32,000 nt of DNA from Mycoplasmoides genitalium G37. Its GTDB lineage: Bacteria > Bacillota_I > Bacilli_A > Mycoplasmatales > Mycoplasmoidaceae. The stretch spans positions 390,001-422,000 of the forward strand of contig NC_000908.2 in the NCBI RefSeq assembly GCF_000027325.1. The letters are read 5' to 3'. Of the stretch, positions 10,119 through 19,870 are shown piece after piece; positions within the stretch are counted from its first letter, which is position 1, and each line of letters starts with the position of its first letter. The notes beneath the pieces were generated by a model, which did not search any database, was not told the origin of the DNA, and worked only from the letters and a program-made list of their open reading frames with translations. The position numbers and the translations under genes are program-made.

Positions 10119-12923
10119 TTACTCATCAATGTAACCTGAATCACGCATTGTAGCAATCCCTGAAGGGGCATTACGGAGTGAAAATCATGGTTTTAAAAGC
10201 GAAGGAATAGTTTCATTTAACCCAGGAGCGGAGACTGGTAGAACAGGAAAGTAACTATCTACTACAGTAATTAAGAACTTAGCATTATCAGTGTCCTGTT
10301 CAGCTCAAATGCTGTTAAATCGGTTAAGTTGAGCAGCGTTGTCATAAAGATCTTTCAATTCATAACCAATGTGGATATCTGATACATTTGCTGGTTTGTT
10401 GTCATCTATCTTGCTTCTTTTTGATAGATATTTATCAGGATCTTTAATTGCTTCTTTAACTTTATCAGCTTTCAATACCTTATTATCAACTAAAAATTTC
10501 AGTAAGCTTAATGCTTTTTTAGTGAATGCTAATGAAGCGGATGTACCGTTATTACCATTAGTACCAAAGTTCTTAATGACATAGGGATCATCTTTAAAAA
10601 GATCAGCACTTGTTATGCAACTACACCAGTCTTTTCCGTTAGTTGTTGTGTTATTTTGAAGTTTATTTTCAATTTGATTAAAGACATTGTTTTGGGATGC
10701 AGCTAACAATAAAGTTCTGACAATATGACTACCTGAATTGTAAGTAATTACTTCACCAATACCCTCACTGTTAAGCTGTGTAGCAGCATCAAGTCAGGTA
10801 CCAACCCCATCATAATCAGGACTCCAATAAGAAAAACCAAGTACACTTGATAAACCTATGTATCATTCGTTTCTTGTTGGACCTTGTGCATCTCCTAAGA
10901 TAATCTCAGGGATAATTAAATTTTCACCATTATCATTACCAAGTTCAGTTAAAGCTTGTTTTAAAGCGTTATAGTAATCAACTTGGTTAGAGGAGAGTGA
11001 TGCATTTCCTAGTTTAATGTTGAAGTGTAATGGATTGTTACCAGTAAACCCAACTTTTTTTAATGCACTGATAAAACTTTGCTTGGTAACACTTACTTGT
11101 TTTGAAGAAACTTGACTAGTTTGACTACTGCTGCCACTAGTAGAAGCTGTTCTTACTTGAGCACCATTAGTTTTTGTAGAGCTATAGTAACTTAACTTAA
11201 CAGTTGCAGTATCAAGAACATTCTTATCCTTTTGAAAAGTTCCAGTTTGTTCAGGGATTAAACCAAGTCTTTGGTTGTTGTTAATCTTGTAATAATAATC
11301 ATTCTCAATTCCATCTGTATTTGTACCACTACTAGTTCCATTTGCTGGTTTTTCTTTAAAGATCCCAAAAGGAACAGTAGAATAGTTAACATCTCCTGAG
11401 TTGGGCAGATCAATGATTGCTAAGTTCTTTCAGTTGATCAAACCATTAATTCCAGCACGGATAGTCAACGCTTCTTCAGATTCACTGTTATATAAGAACT
11501 TAGCTTCTGTCTCAGTGATGTTTGCATTTAGTTGAACAGTACTGTCATTAGCAACATAAGGTTTACCTGAATAAGTTACTTGAGCACTTTGCGCAGTTTT
11601 TTGGATTTTTAATCACCTCAGATCCCCTGTACCATTAAACCTTGATCTTGCATCTTGTTGTTGGGAATAGGGAACAGCTGAAGCTGATAAGCCCCCAGCG
11701 ATATAACTAGAATAGAACACTTCAGGAGTAGCTCCTGGTTGGAAATAACTAACTATAGCAGGGATAGGTTTTTCGTTTTCTTGTCTTGTTTTAGGAAGAT
11801 TAGGGGTGATAATTGCATCATAAATCTGGTTGCGTTTAAAGACAATTTGTGCTTGGTTAAAACTCTCAACATAGTAAGGGCCAACTGATCAAGTGTCTTT
11901 TCAAGCATTAACACCCCCTCCATAGATACCATCAAAGTTAGTATTTGCTTGATCTAAAATCTTTCTGTTGTTATTTTGGTTATATTTAAGCGGTGAATCT
12001 TTACCTAGTTTAAGGGCTTTTACCTTAGGATGGGTGTGAGGAATTGGAAAGAAGAATTCCTTTGACATCATTGATAGAAAGAAAGGAAAAGGAGAAGTTA
12101 GATAAACATTAAACTTGTTATCATCTACACTTCTATAGTTTTCAACATCATAATTTTCATCAGTGATCTCAATACCTTTACCATTGCCATCACTAGAACC
12201 GTTGGTTTTATCCATACCAACGGTTTTTTCAACATCAAGACCCATTAGGTCAATGAAATAACCATTCCGGTTAAAACCTAAGTTAGAAGAGAGAATATAG
12301 GTCTCAAAACCCCTTTCAAAGTCTTTAGAGGAGAGTTTAACTGGTTGGTTGTTTTGTTTGACTTCTCTACCAGCATTATCAACCCAGCTCAAACTAGTGT
12401 TAATGGTAAATTCATATCTGGTTGCTTCTTGGGTTATCTTGTGATAGTTAGGATCTTCAGTAATAGACTTTGAACTATCACGATAAATTGTGCCTATTGC
12501 ATCCCACTCATTGAACTTAGTGTAATCATTCTTACTAGATCCATCAGAAGAATCTGTTGAACCGTTTTTTTGTGCTCTACCTTTAAGGCCACTGTGTGTT
12601 GTCTTTTTATAGCCAGTAACTGATAAAGCAAGTTCTAACACTAATTTTTCTTTAATTTGGTCAGTAACATTAACCCCATCATCACGGTTTGTACCAGTAG
12701 CAACATAGTTAGTTAACCCTGCATAAGCATTACCAAAAAAAGATGAAGTGGGTGAAACGTTAAACATGCTCAATGGAACAGAGTTGTTCTTTAACAAATC
12801 TGCTGAAGAAGAGGTGAAAAACACCCCTTTGTTTAACTGTGAGGATGCACAAGCACTTAGGATTAGTGCTGCACTAACTGTCAGTGTAGAACCGAGCAAC
12901 AAGTATCTTTTTTTTAATTTCAT
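10119..12923 (-). CDS. Large surface lipoprotein, 934 aa (MG_321-like)
   Basis: ATG at 12923; signal peptide and lipobox [28 protein letters not shown]; TAA at 10119; exactly 935 codons with TGA=Trp. Confidence 0.92.
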
Positions 12924-13133
12924 TGTGTTCTTTCATAAATAAATCGGTTAATTGATTGCTGATTAGTAAAAAAGAGTTAAAAAACAGCAATTTACCCTTA
13001 GTTAAAAACTAAAAGTAGTTTTATTCTAGTTTGCAATCACATTAGATTGCAAAATCAAAAACTAATGTTTTTATCAATTGCTCACTTTTTAAACAAGAAA
13101 ATGCTTAATACAAAGTTAGCAAAACTAAAAACA

Positions 13134-13219
13134 TGGTGCACCCGAAGGGACTTGAACCCCCACTTCTAGATGAAACTAGATCCTAAGTCTAGCGCGTCTA
13201 CCATTCCGCCACGAGTGCA
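13134..13219 (-). tRNA. tRNA-Leu(TAG)
   Basis: Reverse complement TGCACTCGTGGCGGAATGGTAGACGCG...CTTAGGA...GGTTCAAGTCC...GGGTGCACCA. Confidence 0.94.
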
Positions 13220-13223
13220 TTAT

Positions 13224-13300
13224 TGGTGCATCTTGAGGGGATCGAACCCACGACCCAATGATTAAGAGTCATTTGCTCTACCAACTGAGCTAAAGATGCA
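13224..13300 (-). tRNA. tRNA-Lys(CTT)
   Basis: Reverse complement TGCATCTTTAGCTCAGTTGGTAGAGC...loop CTCTTAA...GGTTCGATCCC...GATGCACCA. Confidence 0.95.
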
Positions 13301-13305
13301 GATAG

Positions 13306-13382
13306 TGGTGCCGACTATAGGATTTGAACCTACGACCTATTGATTACAAGTCAATTGCTCTACCAACTGAGCTAAGTCGGCA
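13306..13382 (-). tRNA. tRNA-Thr(TGT)
   Basis: Reverse complement TGCCGACTTAGCTCAGTTGGTAGAGC...loop CTTGTAA...GGTTCAAATCC...GTCGGCACCA. Confidence 0.95.
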
Positions 13383-13459
13383 TGGTGGATTGTGAGGGGA
13401 TCGAACCCCCGACCCTATGCTTGTAAGGCATATGCTCTCCCAGCTGAGCTAACAATCCA
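13383..13459 (-). tRNA. tRNA-Val(TAC)
   Basis: Reverse complement TGGATTGTTAGCTCAGCTGGGAGAGC...loop CTTACAA...GGTTCGATCCC...CAATCCACCA. Confidence 0.95.
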
Positions 13460-13466
13460 TCACTTA

Positions 13467-13542
13467 TGGTGCCGAATACAGGAATTGAACCTGTAGCCTA
13501 TGCATTACGAGTGCATCGCTCTGCCCTTGAGCTAATTCGGCA
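13467..13542 (-). tRNA. tRNA-Thr(CGT)
   Basis: Reverse complement TGCCGAATTAGCTCAAGGGCAGAGC...loop CTCGTAA...GGTTCAATTCC...TTCGGCACCA. Confidence 0.95.
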
Positions 13543-13543
13543 T

Positions 13544-13621
13544 TGGTGACGCGTACGGGATTCAAACCCGTGAATGCACGCGTGAAAGGCGTGTGTGTTA
13601 AGTCTCTTCACCAACGCGCCA
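13544..13621 (-). tRNA. tRNA-Glu(TTC)
   Basis: Reverse complement TGGCGCGTTGGTGAAG...loop CTTTCAC...GGTTTGAATCCC...CGCGTCACCA. Confidence 0.92.
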
Positions 13622-13626
13622 AATAA

Positions 13627-13701
13627 TGGCGGCCACAACAGGGATCGAACCTGTGACCAACCGGTTAACAGCCGGTTGCTCTACCGCTGAGCTATGTGGC
13701 C
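13627..13701 (-). tRNA. tRNA-Asn(GTT)
   Basis: Reverse complement GGCCACATAGCTCAGCGGTAGAGC...loop CTGTTAA...GGTTCGATCCC...GTGGCCGCCA. Confidence 0.95.
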
Positions 13702-13722
13702 TGAGAATAAATTCTAGAATTT

Positions 13723-15399
13723 CTAGCCAATTTTAACAGCTTCCTTAGGATATGAATAACTATTTGCTTTGGGATGTTTTCTAACAAAAGTTAGCACAGA
13801 ACTGGACACACCAACCTGTCCCATAACCATTAATAGACATAAAGCAAGGAAATTAAAGGTATTTCTATTTGGATCTAAAGCAATGTTAACAGTAGCTCCA
13901 CTTGAAAGTCCAACTGTTCCAAAAGCACTAGTTGTTTCAAATAAAGCATCAATGAAACTAACTGGTTGTTCCATACTTAAAGGTAGAAGAACAGCTGTTA
14001 GTAAAACTGCAATTAAGCTTATGATTAGTACTAAAAAAGCATCTATTACTGTAGTTTGATCGATTGAACGCTTAAATGCTTTTACTTCCTTTTGACCTTT
14101 AAACTTAGCAACTAGAGCTAAAAAGATTACTGCTAGCGTAGTTGTTCTAATCCCCCCAGCAGTAGAAGAGGGACTAGCACCAATAAACATTGCCAATGCA
14201 ATAATTATTTTTGTAGTTTGAATCTCACTAGCAACAGGGAAAACACTAAAACCTGCTGAACGGGATGAAATAACCATAAAAAAGAGCTGCATTACCCTAC
14301 TTGCATTAGGGTTATTACCAAAAACTGACGCATGGATTGCTTGGTTAGATTGTGATTGCAATTGGGTATTTATTAAACTCTTTTTTTCATCACTAAAATT
14401 AACAATAGTGTTAGTTAAACTATCACTAGCAATAAATTCCACCATTAAAAGTAAGGTGAAAAAAAGCAGGATTACAACGATATTAGTAATTACTGTCAAC
14501 TTGGTAAATAGACTAAATTGGTGTTTTGTGTGTCTACCATACTTAATCTTTTTTTTAATGGCTTCAAAGCCATCAAACAAACAAGGATAACCAATTCCCC
14601 CAAAGATAATTTGGCTAATAGTTAACCACTGAATAATAATACCAAGTCCATTTCTATAAGGAACAAAAGAACTACCCCCTATCAGATCTATCCCAGCATT
14701 ATTAACTGCTGATAAGGAATGGAAAAAACCTGCTTGAAAAGCCTTATTAATATCATTAAAAGCTGCTATTGTTTGGTTTGAATCAACTACTAAAGCTTTT
14801 AATTGAGTTGAAACTTTTGCATGATCTGCAAACAAGTTAGCAGGTTCAAAGCCTGGGATGAAATAAAACAAAATACCATATAAAAATCCATAAATTAGTT
14901 CAACGATAAAAAGAAAGATGATAGATACTAAGATCATCTCACTAGTATTACCTAGCTTAGAACCACCTCGTTCTGATTGCAACATTAACTTTTCATAAAA
15001 ACTGTATTGTTCCTTCTTGTGAAAGTTAAACAATCGTCATGCTAAAAAAGCAATAACAACAAATCCAATCCCTCCTAACTGGAGTAATACTGCTAAAACT
15101 ATCTGGCCAAAGATACTGTATGTTTTTGATACAACAACAGTAGAAAGTCCTGTATCACTAAAAGCACTGGTTGATAAAAATAATGCATCTAAAAAGTTGT
15201 AATCAGTTTTCTGTTCAAATCTTTTTCCCTGTCAATCAATTCCATAACTAACCACTTTTTGGTAGTTATCTTGGAGTGCAATTGGCAAAAATAACAGCAA
15301 ACTTCCAAACAAGATGCAATAGATATAAAAACAAAAAATTCGTTGGGTAATAGTCTCACCTCAGCCAATTTTTTTTAACCAAGTGGTGAGTTTTACCAT
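13723..15399 (-). CDS. ktrB: KtrB/TrkH-type potassium uptake membrane subunit, ~558 aa (in-frame upstream ATG at 15420 also possible)
   Basis: Long polytopic ORF, P-loop-like segments (SAVNNAGIDLIG, SAGFSVFPVA, TAGGIRTTT, TTSAFGTVGLSSG); frame extends past 15033 through TGA=Trp; TAG at 13723. Confidence 0.92.
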
Positions 15400-15455
15400 C
15401 TGGTTTTGTCTTCTTGTCATTAAAAGAACGCTATCAAATATAATTTTACCAAGGT

Positions 15456-16139
15456 ATGAAACGTGCAGATTTTTGCATTATTGGTTTAGGTAGATTTGGG
15501 ATGCAGGTTGCACAATCACTAAAAGAAAACAACTTTAACTTACTTTTAATTGATCTTGATGATAAAAAAACTGACACCGCCTCGCAACAGTTTGATTATG
15601 TTATTTGTTGTGATGCTAGTAATCTAACTGCTTTAGAAGAGTTACAAATTGATGAATTTGCTGGGGTTATTGTTGGGGTTACCAACATAGAAGCGAGCAT
15701 CATGATATGTGCTAATTTAAGGGAATTAGGACAAAAAAACATTATTGCTAAAGCCAAAAATGAAGTACATAAAAGGGTGTTAAGCACAATGGGAATTAGA
15801 GAAGCTTTGATCCCTGAAAAGATTGTTGGTAAAAATCTGGTTATCCGCTTAATCCATGGGCTTGAAAATGAAATTATCAACCTTGGTAATGAGATAATTT
15901 TCATCCGTTCAGCAGTTAACAACAAGGCTTTTTTTAACAAAAGGTTAGAAGAGATTAACTTTAGGCAAAACACCGATGCTAACATTATCTCCATCATGCG
16001 CAGTAATAAAACTGTTGTTTTTCCTTTAGGACCAAATACTGAGATCCAACCAGGGGATATTATCACTGCAGTTTGTCAACAAAAAAGTTTAAATAAGTAC
16101 TTAAATTACATCAATCCTAAAACCAAAAATAAAAATTAA
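15456..16139 (+). CDS. ktrA: KtrA, RCK/TrkA-N regulatory subunit of potassium uptake, 227 aa
   Basis: ATG at 15456; Rossmann motif GLGRFGMQVAQSLKENNFNLLLIDLDDKKTD; RCK-C-like tail. Confidence 0.94.
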   Translation: MKRADFCIIGLGRFGMQVAQSLKENNFNLLLIDLDDKKTDTASQQFDYVICCDASNLTALEELQIDEFAGVIVGVTNIEASIMICANLRELGQKNIIAKAKNEVHKRVLSTMGIREALIPEKIVGKNLVIRLIHGLENEIINLGNEIIFIRSAVNNKAFFNKRLEEINFRQNTDANIISIMRSNKTVVFPLGPNTEIQPGDIITAVCQQKSLNKYLNYINPKTKNKN

Positions 16140-16140
16140 A

Positions 16141-16167
16141 AAAAGGATCATCATGATCCTTTTTTTA
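16141..16167. terminator. Bidirectional intrinsic terminator between ktrA (+) and rnpB (-)
   Basis: AAAA GGATCA TCA TGATCC TTTTTTT. Confidence 0.85.
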
Positions 16168-16171
16168 GATA

Positions 16172-16521
16172 GCATGCTGTCAATAAGCCATGTTCTGTTT
16201 TAAAGTCAGTTATTTATCTACAGCAATTGCTGTCATTACTTTAATTATTTGTTCTTAAAGCAACATTCCCTTACCAAAATTTAGGTTTCTTGCTTGTGGA
16301 GTTTACCGCGTTTCATACCTGGTTTTCACCAAGCTCGTCTCTGTGGCACTTTCAAAACATCATCATAGTATTAACCTTAGACTAGTTATGTCGTTATGGC
16401 TATCACATCCTAAATCTTATCGCTTTGATTTACACAAACACTACTTGCATTCCAGCAAGTGCAAGCATGGACTTTCCTCTACTTTAAATATATCTTTAAA
16501 GCAGCAACTAACCGACAGCGT
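16172..16521 (-). ncRNA. rnpB: RNase P RNA, bacterial B-type (ends approximate)
   Basis: Reverse complement contains GTAGAGGAAAGTCCATGCTTGCACTTGCTGG, GTGCCACAGAGACGAGCTTGGTG, AACGCGGTAAACTCCACAAG and a closing P1 pair GCTGTC (5')/GACAGC (3'). Confidence 0.93.
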
Positions 16522-16523
16522 CA

Positions 16524-16535
16524 AAATTATAATTT
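16524..16535. promoter_or_regulatory. Perfect 12-bp palindrome AAATTATAATTT containing TATAAT on both strands; predicted shared -10 for rnpB (-) and ssrA (+)
   Basis: TATAAT (+) at 16528-16533, 8 nt before the ssrA mature 5' G at 16542; TATAAT (-) at 16531-16526, ending about 5-7 nt before the predicted rnpB 5' end. Confidence 0.75.
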
Positions 16536-16541
16536 GGTGTT

Positions 16542-16929
16542 GGGGATGTTTTGGGTTTGACATAATGCTGATAGACAAACAGTAGCATTGGGGTATGCCC
16601 CTTACAGCGCTAGGTTCAATAACCGACAAAGAAAATAACGAAGTGTTGGTAGATCCAAATTTGATCATTAACCAACAAGCAAGTGTTAACTTTGCTTTTG
16701 CATAAGTAGATACTAAAGCTACAGCTGGTGAATAGTCATAGTTTGCTAGCTGTCATAGTTTATGACTCGAGGTTAAATCGTTCAATTTAACCTTTAAAAA
16801 TAGAACTTGTTGTTTCCATGATTGTTTTGTGATCAATTGGAAACAAGACAAAAATCCACAAAACTAAAATGTAGAAGCTGTTTGTTGTGTCCTTTATGGA
16901 AACGGGTTCGATTCCCGTCATCTCCACCA
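16542..16929 (+). ncRNA. ssrA: Transfer-messenger RNA (tmRNA), 388 nt; tag peptide DKENNEVLVDPNLIINQQASVNFAFA encoded at 16625-16702, stop TAA 16703-16705
   Basis: 5' GGGGATG pairs with 3' CATCTCC(A)CCA; T-arm GGGTTCGATTCCCG; 26-codon tag ORF read directly from the sequence. Confidence 0.97.
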
Positions 16930-16954
16930 TTTATCAACTTTAAGTTGGCCTTAC

Positions 16955-16980
16955 ACTCCCCTAGTTGGGAGTTTTTATTT
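16955..16980 (+). terminator. Intrinsic terminator of ssrA
   Basis: ACTCCC ctagtt GGGAGT TTTTATTTT. Confidence 0.8.
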
Positions 16981-17784
16981 TGCCTTACTCTTTTTAAAGA
17001 GTTGTTTTAATTTGGTTTTGTTGTAATTAAAAGCAAAGATAGCTATAAAAAAGAAAGAATAAAAAACTAAGCTAATCGCTCAAGCGGTAGCAAATACACC
17101 AAAACTATTTAATTTAGAGAGATAAACACCATTGTTATTTTCAACATTAAAAAACAAGCTAAACCGCGTTGCTGATTGAATTTTTTGTGTATCTCTTTCA
17201 AAAAACTGTTGGTCTAATAACACCAAAAATAAAACCATTAGCAAGATCCATAAGAGATAAACAACAATACTGATAAAAAATCCAGTAGTATAGCCAATGC
17301 GCTCTCACTTAGTAGTCTGACTTTTAAAAAATAATGAAACAGTTCATCTAAAACTTAGAAAAACTAATAATGCTAAACTAATTAACCCAAAAACTAAGTT
17401 AGCAATTCCATATTGACTAATCTGATAAGTAATACTAGCTTGAATAATATCAGTTGGTTTTTCAACAGTTCAAAAAAGGTAAAACTGATTAAAGCCGTTA
17501 ACTTCGTTAAAAGTGAATTGTTTAGTGTGAAAAACGCCAGCTAAAAACAAAACGTTGTTTAGAAAAAAGCAGAGAAAAAATAAAAAGTAAACAAAAGTAT
17601 CAAGTAAGCCAAACCTGCTGTAAAACAGATAGTTACTGTGTTTGGAAACAACTTGATACTCAGCGACATTTATTTCACTGAGTTTATCAGATATCTTATT
17701 AATCCAACCACCACCACTATTTTTCTTTTTAGAAAGCACGTGGGATAGATTTAGATAATCAAACTGATTTTTCTTTTTTAACAA
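16975..17784 (-). CDS. Conserved hypothetical membrane protein (MG_323.1-like), about 255-270 aa; non-ATG start (TTG 17784 or GTG 17739)
   Basis: Fragment 17470-17784 continues through TGA=Trp to TAA at 16975 (...YNKTKLKQLFKKSKAK*); four hydrophobic stretches; no in-frame ATG near the N-terminus. Confidence 0.72.
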
Positions 17785-18793
17785 GTACCATATCTTCTAT
17801 CCTAATTCCACCAAGGTTAGGAATATAGATCCCAGGTTCAATGGTTACAACCCCATTTTCACACAATAACTTGTTGTAAGATTGGGAAACATTTGGCATT
17901 TCATGGATATCAATACCAACGCCATGACCAGTACTATGCACAAAAAAGTCTTTAAACTCAGAGTTTTCAATAATATCGCGGCACACCTTATCAACTTGTG
18001 AACCTGTTAAAGTAGTGTTTACTGCATTTATACCAGCCAAATTAGCCTCTTCAACTTTTTTGTATGCAGATAATAACTTTGCACTTTTAGGTTTTTTACC
18101 AACTAAAAAGGTTCTTGTAATATCAGAGCAATAACCGTTGTAAATGGTGCCAAAATCACAAGTGATAAAATCACCTTCCTTAACTATTGTTTTGGTTGGT
18201 TTGTGATGTGGGTTAGCACCGTTTTTACCAGTAGCTACTATAGGATCAAATGAGTTTTTAGCCCCACCCTGCTTCACAAGCTCATTAGTAATCCATTGTG
18301 AAATGAAAAGCTCAGTCATTTTTGGTTTAATAAAACGCTTTAACTTAACTGCTACTTTTCTTGTAATATCAACTGCTTTTTCAATGGCTTGAATCTCACT
18401 AGGCAACTTTACTCTTCTAATCTCTTGGGCATTAATTACTGTGTATTGTTTACAAATAGCTTGAATTCAATCCTGATAGTTAAAGGTAAGATAGTCACCC
18501 TCAATTAAAAGGTGATTGATACCATTAGATTCACAAAAAGCTTTAACTTGTTTAAAACTAACAAATAATTCAACTTCAACAATAGGATTAATAAAGTTCC
18601 TTGCTGCTTCATAATACCTACCATCAATAAACAATTTTGCTTTATTGCTGGTGATGATTAACCACCCTGCACTACTTGGAAAATTAGTTAATCAAAAGCG
18701 GTTTTGATCAGAACCAATTAGGATAGCATCAGCTTTATTGGTTTTTAAAAGATCTTTAAGAACTGTAATTTTTTGTTGTAATTCACTAATCAT
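17729..18793 (-). CDS. pepP: Xaa-Pro aminopeptidase (M24 family), 354 aa
   Basis: ATG at 18793 (MISELQQKITVL...), metallopeptidase motifs CDFGTIYNGYCSDITRTF, HSTGHGVGIDIHE, GVVTIEPGIY; TGA at 17759-17761 read as Trp; TAA at 17729. Confidence 0.94.
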
Positions 18794-18954
18794 TATTTAC
18801 GTTTTACCTCTTTGTGCAATACTACCTTACGACAACGTGAACAAAACTTATTAAGTGCTAGTTTTTCTGGATTTTTCTTGACGTTTTTAAAGGTTAAATA
18901 ATTAATCTCAGAACATTCATTACAACCTAGTCGTGTGCTTCTTTTAACAGCCAT
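18793..18954 (-). CDS. rpmG: 50S ribosomal protein L33, 53 aa
   Basis: MAVKRSTRLGCNECSEIINL... with CxxC and CxxC-like pairs (CNEC/CSRC). Confidence 0.9.
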   Translation of the reverse strand: MAVKRSTRLGCNECSEINYLTFKNVKKNPEKLALNKFCSRCRKVVLHKEVKRK

Positions 18955-18970
18955 AATTAAATTATCTTAA

Positions 18971-19858
18971 TTATTTATTGTCAATAAGTAAACTAATAGA
19001 AAAAGCATCAATGCCAGTGTGAACAATAATCACACTTGTAATGAAAGCATTTTCAATTTCATTTTGAAAGTTAATCTTATTATGCTCAATGAAATCAGTA
19101 ATTATTTTTTTAATTTCATTAGCGTAATTTTTACAAAAAGAATAGCAAAAACCGATCCGTTTAATTTTGTAGTTATCACCAAACTTAGTTTTAACAAAAC
19201 CAAATATCTTCTCAACCGCTTGACTAAAACTAAAAACTTTTGCTCCTAGAGTATTAACTCCCTTGTCAAACAAGATAATAGGTTTAACTCTTAGTAAAGT
19301 AGTAATGAACTTTTTCAAACCAGAGATTCTCCCACCTTTACGCATTTGCACTAGGTTTTTTAAAGTAACTGCAGAAAGGATATTTTGTTTATGTGATTCA
19401 ACCTTTGCTTTAATTGTTTGATTATCACAACCCTTGTCAACCAATGCCTTTATATCTTCGACCAATCATTTTAGAGAAATAGCAATATCACTAGTTTCAA
19501 ACACTAAAAATTCTTTGTCTTTATTTTGTTCACTAAGCTCTTTTGCTAATTGAACCAACATATCATAAGTACCACTTAAACCTTTACTTAAAGGCAGAAA
19601 AATAAAGCGATCATACTTAGTTTTAATCTCTTCAAAGATCTTAAGAAGATCACTTTGACGTGGTAAGGAAGTTGAGATGTTAAGTCCATGTGGGTTTTCT
19701 TTTAGAAGTTTATGAACATGATCATAATCAATTTCTATCCCATCACGAAAGCTTTTTTCACCATCAACAATTACTTGTAAAGGCAAGATGTAAACGCCGT
19801 TAATCTCCCCAGGTTTAATAGAAGCAGTTGAATCAGTGATGATAGCTGTTTTCTTCAT
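18971..19858 (-). CDS. DegV family (fatty-acid/lipid-binding) protein, 295 aa
   Basis: MKKTAIITDSTASIKPGE...LPLQVIVDG...SLPRQSD; two ORF-track fragments join at the TGA 19466-19468. Confidence 0.92.
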
Positions 19859-19870
19859 GAATTAATCTCC

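Noticed and set aside
14408-14590. Small plus-strand ORFs inside ktrB (13769-14059, 14408-14590)
   Set aside because: Antisense to a polytopic membrane protein; no start context or conserved features seen.
15596-16066. 156-aa minus-strand ORF opposite ktrA
   Set aside because: ktrA has clear Rossmann/RCK motifs; the antisense ORF has none.
16343-16668. ORFs at 16343-16585 (+) and 16441-16668 (-)
   Set aside because: They overlap rnpB and ssrA structural RNAs; no protein-like composition.
16822-17010. Minus-strand 62-aa ORF
   Set aside because: Covers the 3' half of tmRNA and its terminator; non-coding.
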